Part shown: positions 34,899-45,000 of the stretch, piece by piece
How positions within the stretch are numbered: position 1 is the stretch's first letter
How the letters are laid out: every line of letters starts with the position of its first letter
IMG/VR virus record: IMGVR_UViG_3300042399_000237
Span: 1 to 60,328 of that record
Source of the DNA: a virus
Taxonomy: Duplodnaviria; Caudoviricetes
DNA: 60,328 nucleotides
Strand: one strand, 5' to 3'
Made by a program: the position numbers and the translations under genes
The notes under the pieces: generated by a model
What the model was told of the DNA's origin: nothing
The model's database searches: none
Seen by the model: only the letters and a program-made list of their open reading frames with translations

Positions 34899-35311
34899 AC
34901 GCATTGCAGTTCGAGGTATTGAAGGTTGCCCTTAAACAGGATGCTACCGGATATGTTTTGACTGTGAAGATCCATCCTGATGAAGTCCCTGATGAGTTGT
35001 TGAGGGATTTCATTGGGTCTAGATACATGGTCGCTATGTCTAAAATAGAATCGGACGAGAGCGGTCATTCATATTTTAATCGGGTCAAGCAGGCTGGCAT
35101 GTTATGTAGAACAACTGAGTTCCAGAAATGGGTTGCTGAAGAGGCTCCTGAGTTGGGTGAAGAAATTAACGAAGCAAATGCAGTCACATTTGTGTGTGAA
35201 TCTTGCTTGATAGAGTCAAGGACTGAACTCAATGGCAACAAGGCGGCACAAAAGTTGTTCGATGATCTTGTGCGTGATTTTGAAGGGAGGGAAAATAATG
35301 TCCCGTTTTAA
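34895..35311 (+). CDS. Hypothetical phage protein
   Basis: AGMLCR..EFQKW...C.IESRTEL..N..A pattern. Confidence 0.75.
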   Translation: MNALQFEVLKVALKQDATGYVLTVKIHPDEVPDELLRDFIGSRYMVAMSKIESDESGHSYFNRVKQAGMLCRTTEFQKWVAEEAPELGEEINEANAVTFVCESCLIESRTELNGNKAAQKLFDDLVRDFEGRENNVPF

Positions 35312-35612
35312 AACAGTCGTTCCATTGATGGTGTATATCTCTCCCGCTTTGCGGGACGAGGTAAAGAAGTTTGCTAAGAAGCTAAGGATGCCTGTGTCTC
35401 AGATAGCCCGTGAAGGCTTTGTCATGCGGATGGAGGGGCTAGGTAATGACTATGACTCAGGGTTCAGTAACGGTCTTGAGCAAGCGAAGCTATTGGCAAA
35501 AGAAACAAAGGGAGCGCAGATGATGTTCCCATCCGGTAAGTCATTCGGTGAGCTAGTCTGCGATGACATCGATTCGTTTAAACATAGACAAGGTGTTGCA
35601 GATGCAAACTAG
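35298..35612 (+). CDS. Putative ribbon-helix-helix regulator
   Basis: LMVYISPALRDEVKKFAKKLRMPVSQIAREG; GGAGG RBS. Confidence 0.65.
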   Translation: MSRFKTVVPLMVYISPALRDEVKKFAKKLRMPVSQIAREGFVMRMEGLGNDYDSGFSNGLEQAKLLAKETKGAQMMFPSGKSFGELVCDDIDSFKHRQGVADAN

Positions 35613-35763
35613 AACATTCACTGGCGAGACTCTTGAGGCTGCGACAAAGACCGCTGAGGAGTACATGAAGGAACAGCTTGCTTATCAATCCCCTCGCATT
35701 GAGGGTCATTACAAGAAGAACGACATTTACTTTGTTACGGTGCGGTATGGGTCGCTTGATTAA
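35602..35763 (+). CDS. Small hypothetical protein
   Basis: Start at MQTRTF with AAGGTG RBS. Confidence 0.6.
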   Translation: MQTRTFTGETLEAATKTAEEYMKEQLAYQSPRIEGHYKKNDIYFVTVRYGSLD

Positions 35764-36181
35764 TACCTATCCCTGCGGGGCGCAGTATCAGGATCGGCTG
35801 AATCATCTGCATGGCATGGCTGCTGACATCTTGGAGTCTGTTGAGATCTCCACCAGAAAGAAGAATGTTGCGGCTGAGGTTAACAATGCAAGGACTCTCT
35901 CGAAGAGGGAGTACAAGAGAGCAAGCAGGGCAAAGCCGATCAAGAGAGAGACGGAAGCTATGCGGCTTATTCTCAAGTACATAGCGGCTCATCCCGGCTC
36001 AACTAGAGGATGTTTCATAGATAAGGCTCTGAGAGGGATCATAATCTCTGAGGCTACAGTAGGGTATAGCGTAAAGGCTTTGTTAGATCAGAAGGCTATT
36101 AAGTTTACTGGCGCACAGAACCATCGGCGTTACTACATTAACAATGAAAACAAAACCATTCATAAGTTACTAGACAAATGA
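35678..36181 (+). CDS. Hypothetical protein with possible winged helix (start uncertain)
   Basis: ILKYIAAHPGSTR...ISEATVGYSVKALLDQKAI. Confidence 0.6.
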   Translation: MLINPLALRVITRRTTFTLLRCGMGRLINTYPCGAQYQDRLNHLHGMAADILESVEISTRKKNVAAEVNNARTLSKREYKRASRAKPIKRETEAMRLILKYIAAHPGSTRGCFIDKALRGIIISEATVGYSVKALLDQKAIKFTGAQNHRRYYINNENKTIHKLLDK

Positions 36182-36390
36182 TACAGACACCTGAAGCAGT
36201 TAAGACATTGAGACTGGCGGCTGGGTTAACTCAAGTAGAGTTATGTCAGTTGACCAGCATCTCTCCGATAGATACAAACGAGGCGGAGACTGGTGAGCGC
36301 CTGTTGGGAGGTATGCAGTGGACATTGATGCAGTATATCTGCGGCAACAGGATCAGAGAGTTTAAACGAAACGCTGGGAGGTATGATTAA
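36178..36390 (+). CDS. XRE-family HTH protein
   Basis: VKTLRLAAGLTQVELCQL......NEAETGER. Confidence 0.75.
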   Translation: MIQTPEAVKTLRLAAGLTQVELCQLTSISPIDTNEAETGERLLGGMQWTLMQYICGNRIREFKRNAGRYD

Positions 36391-36730
36391 CATGAGCGCA
36401 TACATTGTTAGGCTAATTGATACAGATGAGTTAGTAGGGTTTCTCGTTGCAGATACAACCAAAGATTTATTCTGGTCAATAGATGAGCTGCTAAATCCGC
36501 ATGAATGTGAGTACAAAAGGATTACAGGTGGAGGGATATTCTGGGGTGAAAGTGGCGCTGGAGAAATGTATCCAACTATACCGGTAGAGGACTTTGAGGA
36601 GTATTTTGAGCTGCCGCCATTAGATGGCGCTTCTTTAGCCCAATGGACTCAGCAGGAGTATGAGGACGAAAGACCTTGGAAGAGATTTAAAGCTGACGCT
36701 GGATATACTAAAACTGGAGAGGGCGCATGA
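36383..36730 (+). CDS. Hypothetical protein
   Basis: 115 aa; GGAGG RBS. Confidence 0.75.
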   Translation: MINMSAYIVRLIDTDELVGFLVADTTKDLFWSIDELLNPHECEYKRITGGGIFWGESGAGEMYPTIPVEDFEEYFELPPLDGASLAQWTQQEYEDERPWKRFKADAGYTKTGEGA

Positions 36731-37362
36731 ATGAAGCTGAGGTAACACAAATGCTGCGTGATGCGATTGACCAAGACCCCAAGGGCAGGGTGTGGCACGT
36801 TAACACTAAACACCTAGTGGCGTTTGCACATATGGTTGCTGATAAGACCAGACGGGAAATGTCTAGTCCTACTAAAGTCATGGGTCCAAATCTTGAGGAG
36901 GTTCTTAATAGCGCAGGGTTCTACAGAAAAGCCACAATTACAACTCAAGAGGAATTTGAGGCGAAGATATATAAGAACTATAACAAAGAAGATCAAGAAA
37001 AATGGGATGAATATATCTATGAGCAAGGCGAAGTAAAGAGCAAAGAAGAGCAAAAGAAAGCAGATGAAGCCGCTTGGTCTGAGGATAGGAATGTTTGTGC
37101 TGCCATTAGAGATGCTGCTTTGGATGCTGCTGGGGAGAATGCCGCTTTAGTTACTGCCGCTTATTCTAATTATACTGTTGCTTGTCTTGCTATTGATGAT
37201 CATTGGGATGCTGTTAAGGCTAAGAGAGAGGGGCGAGGGCAAGAGCTAGAAGTTAGAGAATGTAAAAAACACCCCAACGCGCCGCATGGTTTTTTAAGAA
37301 ACGCCTCGCACAATGAAGGTAGATATGTTTGTGAGTGTGAACATTGGAAGGAGAACACATGA
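36727..37362 (+). CDS. Mosaic hypothetical protein
   Basis: 211 aa; C-terminal CKKHPNAPHGFLRNASH..GRYVCECE module. Confidence 0.7.
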   Translation: MNEAEVTQMLRDAIDQDPKGRVWHVNTKHLVAFAHMVADKTRREMSSPTKVMGPNLEEVLNSAGFYRKATITTQEEFEAKIYKNYNKEDQEKWDEYIYEQGEVKSKEEQKKADEAAWSEDRNVCAAIRDAALDAAGENAALVTAAYSNYTVACLAIDDHWDAVKAKREGRGQELEVRECKKHPNAPHGFLRNASHNEGRYVCECEHWKENT

Positions 37363-37517
37363 CAATAATGACTAAGGAAGAAGTTGGCGCTTGGTGCAAA
37401 GAGATAGCGGATAAAATAAATGCAGACCCAGTACTTCTAGAGATATTTGAAAGGGCGTACTCTAATCCGGCTAATGAATTGCCAAAACAACAGGAGAAAA
37501 AGAATGAGCCAAAATGA
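37359..37517 (+). CDS. Small hypothetical protein (52 aa)
   Basis: AGGAG RBS; ATGA overlap; MTIMTKEEVGAWCKEIADK... Confidence 0.55.
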   Translation: MTIMTKEEVGAWCKEIADKINADPVLLEIFERAYSNPANELPKQQEKKNEPK

Positions 37518-37686
37518 CACGATCCCCAACAAAGAGCTGGAGTTTATTATTTGTAAGTCTGCTATGCAGTCTCACATAGACAATCTCAGGGGCAACAGAG
37601 ATACATGGCGGTCACAGGCTTATAGCCTAGCAGAGAGAATCAAAGAGTTAGATATCTACATACGCCAACTGGAGGACATGAAATGA
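37504..37686 (+). CDS. Small coiled-coil protein
   Basis: AGGAG RBS; MSQND start. Confidence 0.6.
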   Translation: MSQNDTIPNKELEFIICKSAMQSHIDNLRGNRDTWRSQAYSLAERIKELDIYIRQLEDMK

Positions 37687-37805
37687 CTACCAAGTTTAAA
37701 CGCAAGATGTCAGCCCATGAGGGGCTGATGATATTCATAGCATCAGTTCCTGTGATTGTTATTTTGATATTAGTCGCTTATGTTATTGGCTTCTTTTTCG
37801 CATGA
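37683..37805 (+). CDS. Small membrane protein (40 aa)
   Basis: GGAGG RBS; MTTKFKRKMSAHEGLMIFIASVPVIVILILVAYVIGFFFA. Confidence 0.55.
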   Translation: MTTKFKRKMSAHEGLMIFIASVPVIVILILVAYVIGFFFA

Positions 37806-38320
37806 TAGTTAACCTGACTCAAGAAGATTTGCTGATCATCAATTTTGTTGGTCGCAGCCGGTCATTGATAGCTCGTGCTGCTAACGTGGTTGATGTAAAG
37901 CAAGGTGATCAAGACGGTGCTGATGCGGATGTAATGGGGTTTGCTGCTGAGTATGCGTTTGCTAAACATCAAAACATATTCCCAGACTTTGGGTTGTCCC
38001 CTAGAAGCGGAACAGCAGACGGGGTTATGGGGAAGTTTAAATATGATGTTAAGTCCACTCATTTTCCCAATGGCAGACTTCTTTGCACATTAAAAGAAAA
38101 TGCATCTGTCGATATATATATTCTAGCAATTGTAGCGGACAGCTCAGTTAACTTCCCCGGATGGGTCTATTCGAGCGAGTTAAGAAAAGATGAGAACATT
38201 AAAGATCTAGGGCATGGCAATGGATATGTAATGGATCAATCTAAACTTAGACGTTTCAAGGAGGATGCTCATGACGGAACTATTGGTGTGGTTAACCCTA
38301 ACAGTGTACTTCGAATCTAG
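37802..38320 (+). CDS. Possible PD-(D/E)XK nuclease-fold protein
   Basis: GFAAEYAF...GTADG...YDVKST pattern. Confidence 0.55.
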   Translation: MIVNLTQEDLLIINFVGRSRSLIARAANVVDVKQGDQDGADADVMGFAAEYAFAKHQNIFPDFGLSPRSGTADGVMGKFKYDVKSTHFPNGRLLCTLKENASVDIYILAIVADSSVNFPGWVYSSELRKDENIKDLGHGNGYVMDQSKLRRFKEDAHDGTIGVVNPNSVLRI

Positions 38321-38645
38321 GTCTGAGCCTGACAAGTGTCAACAGTATGTGGCGGATGTAGTCATGAACCGGTCTCCAGACATGGACGTAAGGAAGACTG
38401 TGTTAGCCCCATACCAGTTCTCATGGGTTCCAGAGAAGATGGAGAACGGAGTCTTGAAGCCACAGTTCAGACCAGATATAAACAGTGAGCAATGGAAGAG
38501 GGCAGAGAGTTCTGCTAAGGCTTCGATCTATTCGACTAAGCGATTCAACGCTACCCATTTTCATGCTACCTACATTCCAAAGCCAGCAAGCTGGAGCAAC
38601 CTAAAATTAATAGCAACCTGTGGTCTTCACCACTTCTATGTATAA
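38271..38645 (+). CDS. SleB-like cell wall hydrolase (Hydrolase_2)
   Basis: VYFESRSEP...VADVVMNR...PYQFSW...ATHFHATYI.KP.W...HHFY. Confidence 0.85.
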   Translation: MTELLVWLTLTVYFESRSEPDKCQQYVADVVMNRSPDMDVRKTVLAPYQFSWVPEKMENGVLKPQFRPDINSEQWKRAESSAKASIYSTKRFNATHFHATYIPKPASWSNLKLIATCGLHHFYV

Positions 38646-38647
38646 CA

Positions 38648-38950
38648 ATGACGGTCACTGAATGGAAACGATATCTGCATGATATCGGCTGTGTTGTTTG
38701 CTTAAACACAATGGGCGTTACATCACCCGCTGATATACATCACATTCATAAGAACGGTCGGAGGATAGACGATCTCCACACCATCCCGCTATGTCCCATG
38801 CACCACAGGGCTGGCTTTAATAACAAGCAGTTTGTCTCACGCCATCCGTGGAAGGCAGAGTTTGAATCCAGATACGGTACGGAGTGGGAGCTTTTCGAGC
38901 AGATAAAACAACATGTTAAAGTTCTGTATGAGATGTCAAAAGATGTTTGA
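38648..38950 (+). CDS. Ref-like / HNH recombination-enhancement nuclease
   Basis: LHDIGCVVC...PADIHHI...TIPLCPMHHR...FESRYGTE.EL. Confidence 0.75.
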   Translation: MTVTEWKRYLHDIGCVVCLNTMGVTSPADIHHIHKNGRRIDDLHTIPLCPMHHRAGFNNKQFVSRHPWKAEFESRYGTEWELFEQIKQHVKVLYEMSKDV

Positions 38951-39074
38951 GAAAGAAGACATGCTGCCGAAGTACGGATTCACCGGACGGAGAATAGGAT
39001 CTCAGTGCGCGGAATGTAAGAAAAAAGAAGAGGCAAGAAGGAAGCAGGAGCGGCTTAGTCGAGCGCCTTCTTAA
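38913..39074 (+). CDS. Small Zn-finger protein (53 aa)
   Basis: MLKFCMRCQK...QCAECKKK; overlaps the stop of the convergent giant gene. Confidence 0.55.
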   Translation: MLKFCMRCQKMFEKEDMLPKYGFTGRRIGSQCAECKKKEEARRKQERLSRAPS

Positions 39075-42000
39075 CGAATTGTATATTCTTCGTTACGTTT
39101 ATTTCTGCGTCTTTAATATTAGACTCTATCTCAGCAAGATTGTCTGGGTCCATCTTAGACCGTCTTGCTTCTCTTCTGAAGGTTCTTAGGCTACTCATCT
39201 CTTCATTTAAACCATTCATGTAGTCCTTGATCCCCAGCAGCTTGCCGCCTCTGCCAGCTTGGAATACAGCAAGCTCATCGTAGTCACCCTGTCTCTCTAG
39301 GAAGTTAACAGTCTTCACCGCAGTATCCACTTCCTTCTTCAGTTCGTAGTAGGCGTTGATTGTTCCTGAACCCTGCTTGGTGGTCATGAAGCGTTTAAAC
39401 ACAGGCATCTGCTCTAGCTTCTTGGTCGCCTTAACGTCATCACCCTCGCCACGCATGGCGGCATCTAGCATCATGACTGCGTATGTTCCAATTGTTCCAG
39501 TGTATCCGCGAATCAGGTTATCTATTTTCAGAGGAGACTGATTTGTTTCTTTGCCTACCAACTGAGCCAGCAGGGATGTGCTTGGGTTAGCTTGGTAAGG
39601 CGTGTAAACATCCTCCATGCCCTTCCCGACAATCGGCTGACCTGTAAAGAACGAGTAGTTAGCTATGTTCTCAACGATAGGCATAGCAACATGAGGGATT
39701 GGATTCATTACCAGCGTAGAGCTTAGGTTCCTAGCGATGGACTGTCTTAGGTCTGCCCCTGTATCCATACCCCAGACATGTTGATAGATGCGCTCAGGGA
39801 ACACTTTAAACAACACACCCAATTCAAATGGGATTGGTATTCTTCCTAAGCCGCCCAGTATCCAGTAGTTATCTCTCTCTTCTGGGGTGGCATTCTTGTA
39901 TTCTTCTGTGTCTGCGGCTAAGGCAAGATACATGGCTGTTAAGCCAAGTATCGTTAGGGATCTAGTCGCAAACAGTTTCTTCTGTTGTTCGTTGTTGCGG
40001 GTGGCTGACCGACCAAAGCCCGTCCGGTACAGAACATCCATACCCTGTATACGAGCGTTCATGAATGGCACAAGAGCCGTTACGATTCTAATGAGGGCTG
40101 AGTTACCCTTGCGGCTGAAGTTCATGATCTCTAGCGCTTGATAGGTTGCCTCTGCCTCGTTTCCCGTCTCCTCCAGAACCCTCTTGTAGACCTCTGAGCG
40201 AGTCGCTAGGTCGGAGATGTGCGCTCCCTTGTCCAGAATATCCATTATCTTAGAGATGGGCATGAGAGCCTTCTCTGCGGCTGTCTGAGTACCTGTACGC
40301 TTACGGAGTTCTTTCTCTACAGCAGCGGCTGAAGACTTGGTGTCCCCTGCGAAGTCATATCCTGTGAAGTACCCAGATCTAGCCAAAGCTGCAGCTTCTG
40401 GGTTAGACCCAAGCATAGCTTTCCCTGCCTGTTTAAATGTATCAAACAGCGGAGTCATGTTTACACCGGACGTTACCCAAGCTTGCATCGAGTCTCTAGC
40501 CAAGTTAGCCAGCATGAAGCCGGGGTCTTTGGTCACCATGTCTCTCAGGAAGTTGGCTGGCTTTGCTAATATTTCAACAAAGGGTAGATGAGGAGCATCT
40601 AGACCTTTGAGGGCTTCATAGACCAGACTGTCGTCCACCTTGTAGAACTTGGTAACGCCTGCTTGTTTAATAGATACGATGTCGTATCCCTTGGTTGCAG
40701 GTGGGACTTCAGAGGCTTGGTTTAAACGCTGCAGATCTCTGATGGTACGTTGTCCTGCTACGTTCTTCATACCAGCCTCAATAGCCGCACGAGAATTCCG
40801 TATCACTGTTTCCATGAAGTCGGCTAATGGAGCCTCCCCACCCTTCAACTCTTTGGGTTTCTTAACGCCTGAGATAGAGCTGAATATAGCTGGAGCGTTT
40901 ATACGGTCTCCATCCATCTGGCGATAGAAGGGAATGTAGTCCCAGTTCTTCGTCCAGAGTTCTGCTTCTTTAGCGGAGATAACTCCAGTGTCCTTCATGA
41001 ACTGGACCAGACCATTGTTGTACTGCTGGTACTCAGCGAAGACTTGTTTAAACTCTGGGTGCATCTTCTCCAGAATCTTGCCGCGTTCTATGTCTTCCTT
41101 GGTGAAGTTCTGTTCACGGGTTGAGGTGATGGTCTTGCCATCTTTCCCTACCCTTGTTTCATACATGAGCCTGCTGCCTCGGCGTGTGCCAGCATAGAAC
41201 TGGAACCGCTGGAACATGTGTGCGCCGCCTTTCATTATCGGCTCTAGGATTGGGATCAAGCCCCTGACAGTGCTGTTCTCAGGAACTGAAGCGAACCCAT
41301 TCTTATATACAGGTGGACCGTTAACAAAGGAGGAGGCAGCTATGCCTGCGGCTCGGTCAGCAAATACAACTGCTGCTATCGCAGAGCGATCAGCATGGTA
41401 TTCCTGTTCTCCAAACTGAAGAGCGGACTCTCTGGTGAGATTAGAAATGGAGTCAGCGCCATGAATGAATGCCTGTCTAAACGCAGTGAAGGATCTTGGA
41501 GAGAATGCCGCTGCTATCCTGTCAGACCAGCCTTCATTCTTTCTGGCGGTAGTGGTGCGGTTAATAGCCGCAGTCATGTCTGGGCTTAGGTCGGCATTAG
41601 CCTCATCGAATCTGCCTTGTGGTTTTGTTTGGGCAGAGGTGGCTCTAATGGAATACTTGACATCATCATTGCTGCGAGAGAATGCCCCGGTATTTCCTAC
41701 AGCAGACTTAACTTGGTTAGGGCTGTATACAGCGAGGTTCTTATTGCCACCCTCCGCTACATAATACGAATCAAACCCAGCGCCTTTGATAGCCTTCTGT
41801 ATATCTGGGTTTTCTAGGGTATCCCAAGCCCCCTTTTTAAGCGCACCTAAATATTGCGCTTGCATACTTCTTGCTACTGGTCCATCTTGATTGGTATATC
41901 TTTTAGATATTATCGGCTTGAGAATTTCAATGTGAGCAGGGTTTTCGTAATCGAAGGTTTTCTCAGCCCTTACATATAAGGGCATGATGTTCTCGCCAGA

Positions 42001-45000
42001 ATTGAGCCTGTCTAGGACAAATTCTTTTGTAGCTTCATTAAGCTTATCTTCCAGACTCGATCCGGCGCGATGACTGTCTCTTATCTTTTGAAGGATAACT
42101 TTAAGATCTGCTTGATGCTCTGAGCTTAACAGTTCATCTGAATGCTCAGATATCGAGTCAGCCGATAGAGCAGAAAAATGTGCCGCAAAATCAGGGTCGG
42201 GCGATAAGAAGATTGAATTAGCCTGCTTGGGTTTAAACGTGCCTATGTCACGAGCCGTGCCGTGATACCAGAACTTCGGAGACCCAATGATTTCATCATC
42301 GCTAACTCCCCGATACATCCAGTCGGGGACAACGAAATCGTCATGGTTTACTTGCTTGGAGTCACCGAACCATTGTTTAAACTCTGGGGTTTTTGTTTGG
42401 CGGAGAGAGAACCTTGGCTCTTTGCCTTCGGACCTAACCGCTTCTCTGGCAGAAGACTTGAAGGATTCACGGACATCGTCCAGCCTTCTGAGTATATTGG
42501 ATCGTCCGGCTTCGCTAGTTTGAAGCCCTTTGATAAGATCTTCTCCAGCAGGCTGCTCTGTCCAGTCATGATATGGGTACTCCGATTCTGCGCCAAACAC
42601 TGAAGTGTCTTCTAGTTCGGCAATCTCGTTAATCTTAGTTTCAAACCGCTTTGCAATATCTGCAAACTCTTCAGCAGACTCAACAAATGCATCTGATCCA
42701 GTGTAGTTTATCAGAACCAATTCATTGGCACGGGTCTTTGTATATCCAGCCAATGGACCAAGCTCTTCTTGAAGAGCTTTAAACATCTTTCTTTCTTGCG
42801 TCAGGGTTAGCTCTTTGCGTTTAAATCTAAACCGATATCCTAGCTGCGCTTTGTCAGCCAGAGCTGGGTCTGCTCGGAAGAATGGAACTGCATCTTGTTT
42901 AAATGCATAGGTCATTGCTTGCGACAAGTCCATTGCATCTTGCTTGGCTATCACTGGGTCATCATGATGAACATGAACAATTAGATTAGGGGTGATGCCT
43001 CCAGCATATCCTCCGCTCCCAACTGATACCCTAACCTTGCTTTTAAGGTTAAGCGCCCGAGCCATTCCTTGAATAGCGCCTGAGTCTAGAATGATCTTGT
43101 TTAAATCTTCTTTAGCCTTCAGCTTTAATTCTGCGACCTGTCCCATCTCAGAAGATACGGATGGTATGACTTCTCCGGTTATGACATGAGTCTCTGCTCT
43201 AGTTTCTGCGGATGGTTTCTGTAGCTTTGTTGTTACAGGTAGAGGTGTTGTGCGCTTACCCAGTAGATGAGAGTAATCTACGATTGCCATCTCCATTGCG
43301 TACTCACGCAACTGAGCATCACTCAGAGCCTTCTTGTAACCCTTCGCACGATAACGCTCAAATATTGTCTTAGCCTTTTGTGTTATCCAAGAGGCAGCTT
43401 GAACTTGTCTAGCTGGCAGATTTCGTTTGCTTGCAACCAACCTAACCAAGTTCTCAGCCAATTCATACTGAGCGTCTGTAGGGGTGTCGCGGTCAAACAG
43501 CATCCGTGTCATGTGGAGGTCAATGGTAGAGCGACCGCTGTCCTTCCCTTCCATTGCATCCATGAAGTTCGAGTAGAAGGTATTTGTCTTACGACCATCC
43601 CAGTCAATACCAAAATTCAGTAGATCGCTAACAGCTTTATTCTCTCTTCCTGTGCCAACCTTAATCTCAGCGCCACGGGCAAACTGCTCCCATGCTTTAG
43701 ATGCTTTGGTGAAGTTAGCAGCAACCTCTGTATTGGCTGAGGTGATTGAAATGATTTGGAAGAACTTCTCAGCAAGAACCTTGTCTCCATTGAAGGCATT
43801 CAAGATGGCTTTAGCCGAATCTTCGTACCATTCCTTTCCTTTAATTCCTTCGTTAGTGTATTGCTGTAACTTCTTAACAGCCGTTCTAACGTCCTCTAGA
43901 GTCTTTCCAGACTCCATCCCTGCAATCCTCTCGCCAACTCTCTTGACCAATCTCTCAAGCTCACTAGCGTAGATACGAGCTTGCTTCTCAGGCAGCGGTG
44001 GTCCTTCTCTCAGAGAGAACTTGCCTTGATCTTTAGCCTCGTCATAGAGAGTCTGCTCTGTACCCAGCCCTCCTGAAATTTTCATCTGACGTTCTTTGTC
44101 ATTGCCTGTGTATTCTTTAAGGGCTTTATTAAAGCGTCTAAACGCTCTTGCTGCCTCACCCTCAGAGCGCCCTTGACTCATCGACCTATCTTTATTAGCC
44201 TTTTCTTCTGCCGCTCTATGCTTTAAGAAAAGATCGGCAACCTTGGCTCCTTCTGGGGTCTTATTAAGCTCATTGTATGTCTCCCCTTTGGGAGCTTCTC
44301 TCAGAGAGAACGCGCCGTATTTAGGCTCCATAGAGGTTGGCTCTCTGGTGGCGGGTAAGCGACCAGCCTCCACCTTGCTAAAGATACTATCGGCTGTATG
44401 GAACCCAATCCCGTCAAGGCTGTTGCCTAACGCTTCCATGAAGGACTTGATCTTGTTAAACACAGCGCCGATAAGACCTGCTGGAGGCTTGGTCTGATCA
44501 AAGTCAGAGAATGCGTCAGCAATCGCTTCTTCGATCAATGCCTCTGGGCTGAGGTTTAAACCCTGATACCTTTCAATGATATTGTATTTGCTGATCCACT
44601 CAGACTTGGCTTTGTTCTCTAGGACCCTCCACTGGTCTTTAGAGAAAGCACCCAACTCTTTAAGGGCATGGACACCCTCATGCCTTAGAACCCTCATTGG
44701 TTTCTCGGCATCTATAGCAATCTTTATTAGCTTCTTGGAATACTCGCCGTCTGCCGTAGATTCGTTGCTCGCTCTGATTGCGTTAACGATGTTTAAATGC
44801 AGATCACCCAAGCCAAGGCGAGTCATCATCGGACGAAGCTTTCTGTCTAACTCTGCTGCCTGTTCTTTGAAGCGTCCAGTAAACATACCGGCACTTAACA
44901 ACCTTTCTTCTGCCTTTTTGTTACCGACCATATGAGGCTCGCGTATACCCTCTACAGAGCCGTATCTAGCCTTCAGCTCATCCTGAGCCATGACACTCAA

